Positions 45,637-57,700 of a stretch of 64,000 nucleotides of DNA are shown one piece after another (positions within the stretch are counted from its first letter, which is position 1; each line of letters begins with the position of its first letter). The translations under genes were made by a program, and so were the position numbers. Source of the stretch: Diplonema japonicum (taxonomy: Eukaryota > Protista > Euglenozoa: Diplonemea); contig OZ025696.1 of assembly GCA_964019335.1 (NCBI GenBank), forward strand, positions 186,001 to 250,000. Direction: 5' to 3'. The notes beneath the pieces are model-generated. The model was not told where the DNA came from. It made no database searches and saw nothing but the letters and a program-made list of their open reading frames with translations.

Positions 45637-47819
45637 TAAAACCCTAAGGTCCCGTAAGAGCTCGGCGTTTTGGAAACGGTCAGGTGTTGGGAAGAAGAAA
45701 TAGATCGTTGTGTCTGACAATAGCTGTATTCCGGGTTCAGAACCTTCTCGAGGGCTTCCTGCGTAGTGGTGGGCCGACGACGAGACGGAGAGGCAAGGGA
45801 TATCTCCCTTCGTATATACTCCACCTGTAGAGAAAACCTAGACTGCTTCCTTTCAAGACGGCTTGAAATAAACCGACACACGGCCGTACTCCGCAGATTA
45901 AAGCACAACTCATGCAGAACGCACTTCGCCTGGTCGTACTCCCTGGTTCGGACAAGGTTACACAGGTTCTGCAAGGGTTCAATGCCTTGCTGCGCCGACA
46001 TTTCCTGGCAATACGAGACTTCATATATATCAGTCTCTGCGGTGTGCCCTCCGCCAACGTACAGCGAGGTGATGTTGGTGAGAGTCCGTTGAAACTTCAT
46101 GTTGCAAAGAAACTCGAAGTTGTACTTTGCAGCGAATAGACCCAGCAAATGCGCGCGCTCCAACAACGGGGACTGCACTATGAACTGTTTCATTGCGGTG
46201 CCAAAAACACCACATTGAACGTGGCCGGACACTGCGGCAGATGGCAAGTTGATATGCTTCTTGTTCAGCTCAAACCAAGCTTGATAAATATCACTGCTAG
46301 GAATCTTCGGGATAAAGAACAACGTAATGGACACCGCTGTTATCTCTATCAGCTTCCCCAGACGGGTCAGGTCGTTGCATATGTACGATGCCGCTTCCTG
46401 AATATCAAGATTGGGCGGGCAAAACATTTTCAATATGGTCCCTGGAACCAACCGAAGATGCTCCGCTGTGGAAGGCGAGGGGGGCGGGCTCGTGGCTGAC
46501 CTTGCCTTCACGCTTAAAAAGCTCGACTTTGGTGTCAGGCTGCTGCTTATACTACCCATGCTGTCGTCTTTATCCTTCTCTATAACAATGAAAGGATTCT
46601 CGTTCTGATAGTCATCCTCTTCGGCGAGAACCTGCGTTGGTAAAAACCTTTTATACTGGCTCAGCTTTTCCACAATAACACCCATGTGACTGAGCAGCGG
46701 ATCTTCCTGTTCGTCAAGGTCACGTAGAAACATTACTGCGTCCAAACGCAGGGCGGAGATCGCACTAGCGCAGGACCTTGCTAGCATCAATGACGCCTCC
46801 GATCTCACACGATGTGTATGCACCTTCATTTGAGTGAAGATGGTTATTGTGTACAGAAACCCTGTCAGCAGTGCTAAGACAAAGCTGATGGCGATTTCGG
46901 AACCCAATCGCGGGCTGAGCCGTTCGACTCTGACGGACCATTTCCGGCTGCCAAGAATGAGATCGTTAGAAATTTCTGGGAAATCCGAGTAGTTTTTCGT
47001 TGACTCAGCGAGCATGTTTGAATTACTATCGGTCTTGTCGAAGAGGTGGACCCGCTTGCTGTCGATGGCCATCCCGCGGAGAGAGAACGCAAGAAACTTC
47101 TTGATGTTGTAGATGCCCACCGCAAAACCCCGCACCGTGGAGACGTTCCCACTGATTCCCGAGAAAATCGGAAGATACATGAAAAAAACAGATATATCGG
47201 TTCCGGGGAAAACAGATTTTTCCGATGCGGAACTGTGGCCAAGCAGGGCCTGCTCCAGAACTGTTGCCTGGTCACGCCTAGTGCCGAGGTCCAAGCCGTG
47301 TATCTTCTTGTTGGTTTCATACGGGGTAACACTGTAGACAGGATAGTATTGGGATGCGTTCGATCTGCGCTGTATTTTATTGTCAGGAGTCATTTCCGTG
47401 AACTCGAAGCCTTTGTGATGAGCCTTTTGTGCTTGTTCGAAGTCGTACCTGTCGTCGTGTTCTACTACTGGTACCCATGTGAGGGCTTCATAGTAGTCTT
47501 CTCGTGAAAGCCGGTTTGTAAATTTGTGGAATTCTGAGTCGTTCGGGTCGAGAGTTGCAAGAAAGCCTGTCAACGCGTTGGAGTTTTTGAGTGTCAGTTG
47601 AATGGTACGTTCTATAGAGCTTCTCACTGCAATTTCCGCACCGTTACGCTCGCTTAGAGTGATGTCCTTCCTGCTCTCGGAGAGCTCCATGTAGAGGTGT
47701 CCCACTATGATTGCGATAATGGGACCGAGAAGCAGCAGAGCGTAATAACAGTTCAGGAGGCGTACTGGTTTCCTGTAGCCCTTTTTGCGATACTGGGCGA
47801 CGCTGTTTCTGGCTTGCAT
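45636..47819 (-). CDS. CHASE-domain membrane sensor with a degenerate class III cyclase-like domain
   Basis: TM-CHASE (ALTWVPVV, YYPV..VTP..N..IHGLDL)-TM, then YKRFLP linker and a cyclase-like fold lacking the catalytic Asp residues. Confidence 0.75.
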
Positions 47820-49096
47820 TTCTTTTTTTTTCGTTCTTTTCTTTTTTAGGGGGGGGGGTTGTTGGGCGGGGTTTCTTCTTTTTTTTTAGGGCCCTCCCCC
47901 CCCCCCGTTCTCGTTAAACTTTTTTTTTTTTTAATGTGAGGGGCGAAAAAGAGAGAAAAAAAAAAAAGAAAAAAAAAAACTAACGCAAAAAAGAAAAAAA
48001 AAGAAAAAAAAAAAAAAAAAACGAAAGAGATGATGGAGAACAAAAGAGAGAAAAAGAAGGTGGGGAGGGGGGGAGAAGGAAAAAAGAAAAAAAAGATTGG
48101 GTCGGTTTTTTTTTTTTTTTTTTTTTTCTGTTGTTGTTTTGTGCAAAAGTCGGCTTTATTCAGCATGGGGTTGAAGCCGTTCAAGCAGAAGTTTAAGAGG
48201 TGGTTCTTTTTTTTCTTTTTCTTTTTTTTTTTAAATTAAGCTTTTGCACTTTTTACTGAACATCCCGGTTTGTGCAAAACTGCCGAGCCCTTTTTTTTTT
48301 TTTTTTTTTTTTGACCTCCAGGTTTTCTGAAGAACTTAGGAAAAGAAAAGAAAAAATAACCTCTTCACGCTGAGATATTTCTCCTTTTCATTTTCTATTT
48401 TAAAAGAGAGAAATATAGAGAATCTTTTTTTTTTTTTTTTTTTGGTTCTCATACTTTTCGCAGAAAGGAAGAAACTATCGAACGAAAGTAGAATGCCGCG
48501 CCCAGGGAAAATGGAGGAAAAATAATTCTTTTTCTTTTTTTTTTTTTTTCTTTCAAGGGGACGGGAAAAAAAAAAAAAAAAAAAAAAAAAGCCAGTTTTA
48601 CTGCTTGGTGAATACAATTTGCATTTGGTGTATAAATGGCACATCCGTCATCACCACGAGCAGTGCTGTCCAGAACGAGGAAAGAGGACACGAAACAATG
48701 TTCACATGGGAGGGTAGTACAACGAAAGCGAAAAGTTTTCATTTTTTTTCATCACTTCATATGTACAGGTTTCCCTGTGGAGGCGCGGGCCCAAACGGTA
48801 GCGCCACGATCTCAAGCCCAATAATCTAAAGAGAAAAAAAAAAGAGGAAAAAAAATGGCCGTGAAGGAGTGGGTAGAAACCCTTGGAGAAGTTTTTTTTA
48901 AAAAAAAAAAAGAAAGCCCGTAAAGACACGTTGCCAAGTCCCCCCCCCCTTTTTTTTGTTTTAGACAAACAAACAAAAAAAAAAAAAAAAAAAAAAGCAA
49001 AAAACAAAAAAAGCGGAACACAAAACTAAAGAAACAAACAAATTAGACAATGGAGAACGCGTAGTTTTACATTAAAAAAAAAAAAAAGAAAAAAGC

Positions 49097-51158
49097 TCAC
49101 ACCACCATGTTGCCGCTCAGCTTGATGTCTTGAGACGAGGCACCAACCTAAAAAAAAAAAAAAAAAAAAAAGATAAGATTCTTTATTCCCCCCCCAACAT
49201 TTTGCACATACGTAAATCTTGAAAGTGCCCCTCTGGAGAACCCACTCGTGGGCAGTAGCGTCCCAGCATGACAGGTCACGCTCCGTTAAGTAGAACTTGA
49301 CCTCAGCGAACTGGCCCGGCTGCAACATGTTCTTTTTGAACCCCTTCAACTGCCTTGGAGGTTCCCCGCTGGTAGGAGGGAAGCTCAAGTACAACTGAGC
49401 CACCTCAGCACCGGCCACGTTCCCCACATTCTGAAGAGTTGCCAACACAGTCCTTGCTGTCGGATCGATGTTCAAATTAGTAAATGCGAAGGTGGTGTAT
49501 GACATCCCATGCCCGAAGGGGTACTTGGGTCGAACACCGTTGGCGTGGTACCACCTGTAACCCACCTCAAGCTTCTCGGAGTACGAAACCTGGTTGTCAA
49601 TGCCAGGGTATTGGGCCTCAGTGAAACCTACTTCGTTGTTCTTGTTAGGAAACGACAGGGGCAGCTTGCCAGAAGGGTTCACCCTCCCTGACAGCAATCC
49701 AGCTGCTGCCGTTCCTTCCTCCTGCCCGGGCATGAACATTGCGAGGACAGATGGGACGGAGTCAGTCCAGTTTGTCAGGACCGCGCCGGGTGAAATGATC
49801 ACCGCTGCTGTCTTGGGCTGTGCTGTGCCGACTGCACGGGCCATTTGAACTTCATCAGAGGGCAGGTCGAGGTTCTTTCTGTCCTCACCTTCACCGGAGA
49901 TGGTAGCGAGCACCATGACCGCCACGTCGGCAGCCGCTGCAATGGTTGCGGCGTCCTTGTCGTTCTTCCCCTCGTAGTACTGCACATCAGCAGAAGGGAA
50001 CTCCCACTTCACACCCTGCAAGATGGATGTGACATGGTCGGGCGTCACCTTCCCAGACCCGGTACCGCCAGCAATAGGCGACCTGTCGGCAGCCTTCCCA
50101 ATAACTGCGATCTTCGCGGGGTTCTTGAACGGCAGCACGTCCTTGTCGTTCTTAAGGAGAACCGTGGACGCTTCAGCAATCTGCCTGGCGATGGTAACAT
50201 GCTCCGGGGAGGTGACATTGGCACTCGGCTTACCAGTTGCAGCGTTTCTGTCGAGGATGCCTGTCTTGACAAGGGAGAGCAGGATCCTGTACACCTTGTC
50301 ATCGACAACGGGCTCGGGAACAGTGCCTGCCTCGACTGCCTTCTTGAGGGCGTCGCCGAAGTACTCGTAGAGTGGCATCTCAACGTCGAGACCGCCGAGA
50401 GCAGAGCCGACTGTGGAGTGAGTGGCCGTCCAGTCAGACATGACCCAGCCTGTGAAGTTCAACTTGCCCTTGAGCAGCACGTTGAGGGTGTGGTTGTTCT
50501 CACAAGCGTGGACACCGTTGACAAGGTTGTACGAGCACATTGCTGTGTAGACACCAGCCTCGACGGCACCCTCGAAGGGCGGCATGTAGATCTCCATGAG
50601 GGTGCGCTCGTCAACATTTGAGGACTCCGTCTTACGGTGGTGCTCCTGGTTGTTTCCGATGAAGTGCTTGATGTTGGCCATGACACCGTTGGACTGGATC
50701 CCCTGGATAGCAGGGGCTACCATGATCTTCCCGAGGTAAGGGTCCTCTCCTGACATGTACTCGAAGTTCCTGCCGTCAAGCGGGACGCGTGCCACGCAGA
50801 CGCCAGGGCCCAGCTGGATGTTCGCGCCCTTCAAGTAGAACTCCCTCCCCATAGTAGTGCCCCAAAGCCTCGAGATCTCCACATCCCAGGATGCGCCTGC
50901 AGTGAGACCGCTAGGCCACTGCGTGCTGGTGCCGGGGTGCCCCACGGCCCTGAACCCTTGGGGGCCATCGTTCATGGTGATGGCTGGAATGCCAAGCCTC
51001 TTGACCCCGTCGATGGTCCCAACGTAGTCGTGAGTCAGGTAGTCCGAACCATGCAGCATCCTTACCTTCTCCTGAAGCGTCATCTTGGACACCAGGTCTC
51101 TAGCGCGCTGCTCAGGGGACTGAGCCAGCAGCACCGCTACAGTGACGGCAGCCAACAT
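49097..51158 (-). CDS. Secreted GH3 beta-glucosidase; exons 51158-49212 and 49147-49097
   Basis: DGPQG, GRNFE, KHF, VMSDW nucleophile and Fn3-like end; removing the 64-nt intron 49148-49211 gives the canonical IYVGASS.DI end. Confidence 0.95.
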
Positions 51159-51329
51159 TGTTATTGTTGTTTTTTTTTTCCTGTTTTTTTTTTTTTTTTT
51201 TTTTTTCTTTCCGAAATAAAGAAAACTTCAAAACGTACACTTTTTTTTTTTGTTTCTAACAATATTATTGTCGAGACCTAAAAAAAAAAAAAAAAACTAG
51301 CTATTGTCTCTCTTTTTTTTTTTTTTTTT

Positions 51330-52490
51330 TTACTTCTCTCCAAGGTCCTCCACCTCAACGAGCTGCAGATACCCCTCCCGCGTGGTCATCGCAACGCACG
51401 CGTGATTCTGCAAAACCGCAATGTCGTGGACAAGGCAGTCAGGAAAAACAATGGGCGGCACCACAACAGGCCGCTCCGGGTGGGTGACATCAACACGATA
51501 CACCTTGGAGTCCCACGACGCCGCATAGACCATGCGGTGCTTGATAACAATGCCTTCTAAGGGCTTCGACGAGACGTTGACACGGGTCACTACGTAAGGC
51601 TTGTAAGGGTTGGCGGTGGATAGAACGGTCAAGAATCCCTCGTAGTGTGAAGCATCGGTGGTGTGGTAGAGGTGGGAGTTATGGTACGCAATTCTGTATG
51701 CCGGGTGAACAAATTCAGATATTTGTATAAAAGACCCATCCAGGTACTGCGCTATGACCATTGTCCCATCACTGGTGATGAGGTACGCGAAGCCGTTTTC
51801 TGAAACAGCGATGTCCTGGATCGCACGGGTTATACCTTCAATTTGGGTGATTTTTAGATTTGCTAAGTCAATTTTTACAACGCCGTCTTCATGGCAGCAT
51901 AACGCTGTCTTCATAGAAAGGACCGTACCACCGCCGGTGAATTCAAGATTGCTACCTATATCTTTTGCGACATGTATTAAACCGGTACTTTCGTAAATTG
52001 TTAACCCAGTTGGTGTTCCCAAGAAAATGAACCCATGCCCGGTGAAAAAGGTTTTGACATCGATGTCGATTGAGTTTTTAAGCTTGAATTTTGTGAACGG
52101 GGAAGGCGGCTGGTCGAGGGTGGTTCGGTGTGTGAGGGTTGTTAAGGCGTTTTCCGCGATGATCTCTGCCTTGTGTTTTTCTGTCTTCGCCTCGATCACC
52201 TTGGCTTCGAGCGCATCACGTGTGCTCTGCAGTAAATCGATCCTCTCGTGAAGCACGGCGTTTTCGGCTTCTAGTTGTTGGCACCTCGTTTTCCAATCTA
52301 CTTCTTCTTCTTCTACTTCTTCGTGTAAAACAAATGAATCACATGTCACGTAAAGACTCTCGTCATTCGTTTCAACTTCAAACACACCCTTACCGTAGTC
52401 ATCTATTTCGTCAAAACCTACTATGGTCGCGTCCTCTTCGGTCCTCCCCCGTTGCGTTAAAGTCACTCGCCTGCCTATGAGGTGTGACAT
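51330..52490 (-). CDS. Coiled-coil + LVIVD-like beta-propeller protein
   Basis: ATG 52490; VLSTANPYKPYVV and RVDVTHPERPVVV repeats. Confidence 0.7.
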   Translation of the reverse strand: MSHLIGRRVTLTQRGRTEEDATIVGFDEIDDYGKGVFEVETNDESLYVTCDSFVLHEEVEEEEVDWKTRCQQLEAENAVLHERIDLLQSTRDALEAKVIEAKTEKHKAEIIAENALTTLTHRTTLDQPPSPFTKFKLKNSIDIDVKTFFTGHGFIFLGTPTGLTIYESTGLIHVAKDIGSNLEFTGGGTVLSMKTALCCHEDGVVKIDLANLKITQIEGITRAIQDIAVSENGFAYLITSDGTMVIAQYLDGSFIQISEFVHPAYRIAYHNSHLYHTTDASHYEGFLTVLSTANPYKPYVVTRVNVSSKPLEGIVIKHRMVYAASWDSKVYRVDVTHPERPVVVPPIVFPDCLVHDIAVLQNHACVAMTTREGYLQLVEVEDLGEK

Positions 52491-52559
52491 TTTTTTTTTT
52501 TTTTTTTTTTTTTTTTGGTCCTTTTTTTTTTTATACATCAAGACACGCTCTTGCAATTT

Positions 52560-52790
52560 TGTATGGTTCGGTTCGACGGTTTAAGCCCTCCATCGAACTG
52601 CGATACCATGTCGGCTACCTGGGTGCACCAGTGACGCATGGCTACGACAAGAGACCCCTGTTCTCGTCCACCCGAACAGCCATCAATGAATGGAAGGCAA
52701 ACCCCGACAGCAATGGTGACAGGCACGTGTAGGTCCCCTGTACACAGTGGGCACCAACCATGGAACAAATACCGCAAAAATTTGTCGATT
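52560..52790 (+). mobile_element. Short retroposon relic (3' end related to the 42-45 kb element), antisense to the genes
   Basis: THGYDKRP, plus nucleotide matches to the reverse complement of 42210-42320 (AATGGTGACAGGCACGTGTAGG...GTGGGCACCAACCA...ACCGCAAAAAT). Confidence 0.75.
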
Positions 52791-52880
52791 TTCTCTGGCC
52801 TCTTTTCTCTGACACCCTATTTTCACAAAATCTGCAGAAAACATGAGGGAAAAAAAAAAATAAAAGTACTTTATTTTTAT

Positions 52881-53395
52881 TTTATTTCACTATTCGTCAT
52901 TTTCTTCACTCACTAGGGGCCTCATTATTTAACGCGAAATCGCCATTATTTAACTAGTTAAATAATGAGATTTTGCAGTTAAATAATGGCCCTTCAGAGT
53001 GGAAAAATGAGTCTCGCCGTGGAAAAAAATGCACCAACCCCTTAAAAAATCTTTTTGGGGTGGGGGTATTTTGACTATTTTTGGCCATCTGAGGCCATTC
53101 CAGCCCTTAAAAGTGGGAATAAGTGCCTTACTTCCCCTTTAAATGCCATGTATTACCTTAAGAAAATCCCCAAAAAGCTGACCTGCGTGAAAAAAAACAG
53201 CAGTGAAAGCAGTGAAGAGTGAGTGACTCAAATGACGAAAAGTGAAATAAAACGACTTACTTGCCGCCAAATGAGCCATTATTTAACACTCGTTACCGTT
53301 TTTTTGCACGAGGGCCCTGCGGGCCCTCGTGCAAAAAATTCGGGAACTCGAGTTAAATAATGACTCATTATTTGTTGGCAATAAATAGCTATTAT
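52881..53395 (+). mobile_element. Hairpin-ended non-autonomous element (Helentron- or Crypton-like), subfamily 2
   Basis: TTATTTCACT...AGTGAAATAA inner inverted repeat, then a ~115-bp palindrome centred on GGGCCC-TGC-GGGCCC, ending AAATAGCTA. Confidence 0.65.
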
Positions 53396-53471
53396 TTCCC
53401 TCCCCTGTTGTTTCCTTTGAGATCCCCGGGAACTTTATTTATTTCCTCATGTTTTCTTTAGAACTTTACAA

Positions 53472-53856
53472 TGGGGCGCAAGGCAAAGTGGGCACATCTT
53501 CCGCTCAAAGAACAACGCGGGGCTGTATGTCCAATGCAAGAATGAGAGCCTGTTGCCCAGCCTATAGGCATCTTGCGCGAAAGTTAGCCCCAGCAATCCT
53601 GAAGTTTATGCGTCGCACACGTTTTGTCGAAGCTTTGCTACTGAGGCTTCGGCCTCAGGTGCGACGGCCTCACAGCTTGCTACTCACTTAGGGTGGCAAA
53701 GCGAGGGCACCACGCAAGCTCTGAACGATATGACTTCAAGGACTTCAGGGACGCTAGTAGGTGAGCCATTGAAGGGTGCCTCTCGCCTGATGAGGACAGC
53801 ACCTGGAGGAGATATGTCCGAAACTGAGGAAAGCTGAGCGTACTTGCCATGCCCCC
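53472..53856 (+). ncRNA. Putative structured RNA with a hammerhead-like core
   Basis: Many helices with G-U pairs, a C(UUCG)G loop, and CUGAUGA-stem II-GAAA at 53787-53823. Confidence 0.5.
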
Positions 53857-54451
53857 TGGTGACCTAATCTTCGCCTATTTTCAATATCAGTATTTCGGTA
53901 ATGTCCCGGAAGAAAACTTCTTTGCAAAACCGCCAGAAACCCTCCGAAGGTTTTTTTTTTTTTTCCTTTCGGATATTATCCCTTCCGGTAGTTCTTCCTT
54001 CCCCCCCCCCCCCCGTGATTTTCTTTTTCTTTTACAGGAAAATAAAATAAATAAAAAATAAAAAAATGAAAAGAGAAATAAACCACCACCCCCCCACGTG
54101 AACACACTTTTGCTGACGTAATTTCTTTTTTTCGTTTTTTTGAATAAAAAAGTATTTTCTCTCATTTTTTTTTATACTGGATTTTGTGTGTGTGGGGAGT
54201 GGGAAGAAATAAATAAATAAATAAAACGGGGGAAGGGGTGGAAAGTAACTATGTCACAGTCTGTAGTGTGTCTTCTTTTTTTTTTTCTCTCTATCTTTAG
54301 TTTAGTTCCATCTTTTTTTCTTTTCCTTTTTTTTTTTTCTTCTTGAAAAAAAAAAAATCTTGCATTTTCTTTTTTTTATCTAAACTGACCGAGGACAACA
54401 GCGTTCACCCGCCGTAAGCATTCCGCCCCCTCTGTTCTTTAAAATATTTTC

Positions 54452-54485
<34 letters not shown>

Positions 54486-55374
54486 AAGAACGAATCTTTG
54501 ACATGTTTAAACAAAAGGGGAGTGCTGGCTACGTGCCTATGGGTTTATAAACTTCTTCAGGTTTCAACCCCTGGAGCGTACAGTTCCTCTTATTTAATAG
54601 TGAAAAAAAAAAGAATAAGGTGAGGGTGGTATAAAAAAAAAAAAAGGAGCAGTGCGGATGCCACCATCAATTTTCACGAAGTTAAAACCGGCATTTTGTC
54701 TGGGGACGAAGGTGGGTGGGGGGGGGGGGGGGGGGAGGATTACTAAGGAAGGGGATGGAAATCTTTTTTTTCTTTCTCTTCGTCAGTTTCTTCTTGGACA
54801 ACCAGGCAAAAATGATTTTATATAAAATTTGTACACATTCTCTTGTGTCAACTACATTCTTTTCAAAAATCTCAGAAGAAAAAAAAAAAAAAGAAATCTG
54901 AAGTGCCATAGTACTTTTTTTTTGTGGGGGTAAAGGAAGAACGGTAAGAGAATCTAAAGGAATATAAAAAAATGGGGGGGGGGAGAGGACAGGATAAAGA
55001 CAAAGAAGTGTTTGTGTTTAAAAAAAATTCGCGCTCCCCCCCTCCTCCATTCTCTTCGCCTCAGAGGGACCTAAACCACGTGACATACCCATCCCCACTG
55101 GGTCACTGGCTTGGACCCGTTTCTTATTTCATGAGCGGATCGAAGAAAAAAAATCTAAGGGGAAGGAGGGGGGAGGGGGGAGGAGGAGCGTCCCACAGGT
55201 ACTGAGGAGGGGAGGTTTAATACTGCAAACCAAGAAGGGGAAAAAAAAAAAGATGGTTTTTACAGTAAAAATTATTATTTTCCTTTTGCTCTTTCTTGGG
55301 GGGGGGGGGGGATGAGTGTGGGTTTTAAATGGGTAAAAAAAAAAAATAAAAAAAACGGGGAAATCCAATTTTAA

Positions 55375-57564
55375 TTAGAGCGCAACACTAGAAGCCGGGG
55401 AGGGGGTAGGGGCGGGGACAGGAACAGAGGCCGGGGCAGGGACAGCAGCTGGGGCAGCGACAGGGGCAGGGGCGGAGACAGGGACTGGGGCAGGGACAGG
55501 GGCTGCGACTGGGGCAGGAGTAGCGACAGAAACAAGGGCAGGGGCAGCCGACTCCATAAGGGTAGGCTCGGAGTAAGGGTGAGGGTGATATTTCAATATC
55601 TCCTCCCAGAGGCCATCACGGAGCTCACCAGCTGTTAGGTCAGAAGAATCCTGTATTTTTTTTTTTCTTTTCCTCTCCCTCCTCTACATACTTTTTCCCA
55701 ATGGAATGTCTTGCTGCAAACTGGTTCATCACTGGGGTCATGCAGCTGGCTGTATTTTTTTTTTCCCCCCCGTTTTTTTTTTTTTTTTTTTTTTTTTTTC
55801 CCACATACGCTAGGTAAGGGTGGCTCAACGCCTGTTCTGCTGTTATCCGCTGCACGGGGTTGAAGCAAAGCATTTTCTCGATGAGATCCAAAGCGTTTTT
55901 ACTGTTTTTTTTTTTTTTTTTTATTATTTCACTCTTCAGAAATTACTTCACGCACTGGGGGACCCATTACTTCACGCTAAATCTCATTACTTCACGGTGA
56001 AATAATGGCCTGTTTTCCGTGAAGTAATAGGGGGTTTCCGTTAAATAATATGCCTCGGTAGGCCAATTTTTGCCTCGGTTCGGTTCCCAGTGGGGCTACT
56101 TTTTCCTCTCAGTTTGCTATTTCCCCAGTTTCAGCTCAATTGGCCAACTTTTGCCTCGGCTCAGTTCCAAGTTGGACTACTTTTTCCTCCCAATTTGCCC
56201 ACTTTTGGCTAGGCCTTGTTCCCAGTTTCTGCGGTAACTTAGTCAGCTTACCCAAGCTCCCCAAATGACTTCAAAATACCGAAGCAGCAGGAAAAAAGGA
56301 GCCGGCGGCCGCGCTAGGTATGGGAAGGCCTGATTAGAGATGGTGACAGTGGCAAAGCCAGCGACAGCGGCAGCTCTTAGTCAACAAAAGGAGGAAAAAC
56401 AACTTGTATTGTAACCTTTGTAACCCCTCTCTTGTTGTACCCCTTGTCACCCTGTTGTGCCCCTCGTGGTGAAGTAATTTCAGAGTGTCGTGAAATAAAA
56501 CCACTTACCTACCGCCAAGTAATGCTTTACCGACCTCTCGGTTCCGCATTTTACCATCTCGGGCCCTGCGGGCCCTCGACGGTAAAATGCGGAACCTCGA
56601 GGTAACGGTAAAGTCATTACTTGTTGGCAGTAAATAGCTATTTTTTTTTTTTTTTTTTTTTCCACCCCACAAAAAAAAAAAAAAAAAAAAACCTGGCCGC
56701 GGGGATCAGCTCCGACAGCGGTGTGGGGGGCTTCTTCTTGATGGACTTCAGGTACCGCAGCGCCTCCTCCGACTTGATGTTCTCGAGATCCTCGTCCGAT
56801 GGTACACCCAGCGCCTCCGTGATGATATTGATCTGGTTGATGTAGTCCCGCCCCGGAAACAAAGGCTTACGGTTCAACAACTCAGCAAGAATGCAGCCGA
56901 TGGACCAAATGTCCACTGCTGGGGTGTAAGTGTTGGAGAGAAGAAGAAGCTCAGGCGGCCTGTACCAACGTGTTACGACATAGTCTGTTAACTCATTCTT
57001 ATCATATCCACGAGCAAGGCCAAAATCACAGATAAGCAGGTCACAGTTGCCATTGACTAAAAGGTTTCCCGGCTTGAGATCTCTGTGTAAAATGCTAGCA
57101 CTGTGAATATACTTCAAGGCTCTCAACGCCTGGTAGATAAAGTACTGGTGATGCTCGTCGGTTAAATTCTGCTTGGAACGGATGATTTGGTGAAGATCCG
57201 TGTCCAGCAGCTCGGAGGAGAAGTAGATATCTTCGAAGGTCTCCTTGGAGGGGGGGCGCAGGATGTCCTTTATGCTGATGATGTTTTCGTGATTCAAGAA
57301 CGACAGAAGTTTGATTTCCCTGAGGATTCTTTTCCCGTCCACCAGATCATCAAAGACTTTCCCGATCTTCTTGATGGCGACCTTCTCACCTGACTCCTTG
57401 TCCTCCGCGCTGCACACAACACCGTAGGCACCTGTCCCCACCGTCTTTGTGATGTCGTACTTGTTGTCTACGACAAATTTCGCACCATGTACGATATACT
57501 CCTTCTTGCCCCCTCCTATGGGCTTCGGGGCCTGGATGCTTTTTCCAATGTTTTTCTGGCTCAT
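55375..57564 (-). CDS. MAP kinase (TDY activation loop) with Pro/Ala-rich tail; exons 57564-56693, 55901-55809, 55749-55692, 55650-55375
   Basis: GTGAYG, HRDLKPGN, DFGLAR, TDYVVTRWYR; splicing restores ALDLIEKML.FNP..RITAEQAL.HPYLAQLHDP.DEP. Confidence 0.93.
55921..56640 (+). mobile_element. Hairpin-ended element making up most of MAPK intron 1 (55902-56692)
   Basis: Inner inverted repeat TTATTTCAC..AATTACTTCAC / GTGAAGTAATT..GTGAAATAA; ~115-bp palindrome with the same centre as 53.3 kb; T-runs on both flanks. Confidence 0.7.
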
Positions 57565-57620
57565 TTTTTTTTTTTTCCCCCTTGTTTTTTTTTTTTTTTT
57601 TTTTTTTTTATGGAAAGGGG

Positions 57621-57653
<33 letters not shown>

Positions 57654-57700
57654 ACTGTGTCATTTAAAAAAAAAAAAAAAAAAAATTTTTTTTTTTTTCT

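Noticed and set aside
53466-53860. RNase MRP/P, telomerase RNA or group I intron identity for the structured region
   Set aside because: CR-V-like GGGGCU precedes CR-I-like GAAAGU (wrong order); only one TTAGGG and no 1.5-repeat template; no convincing P7 pairing.
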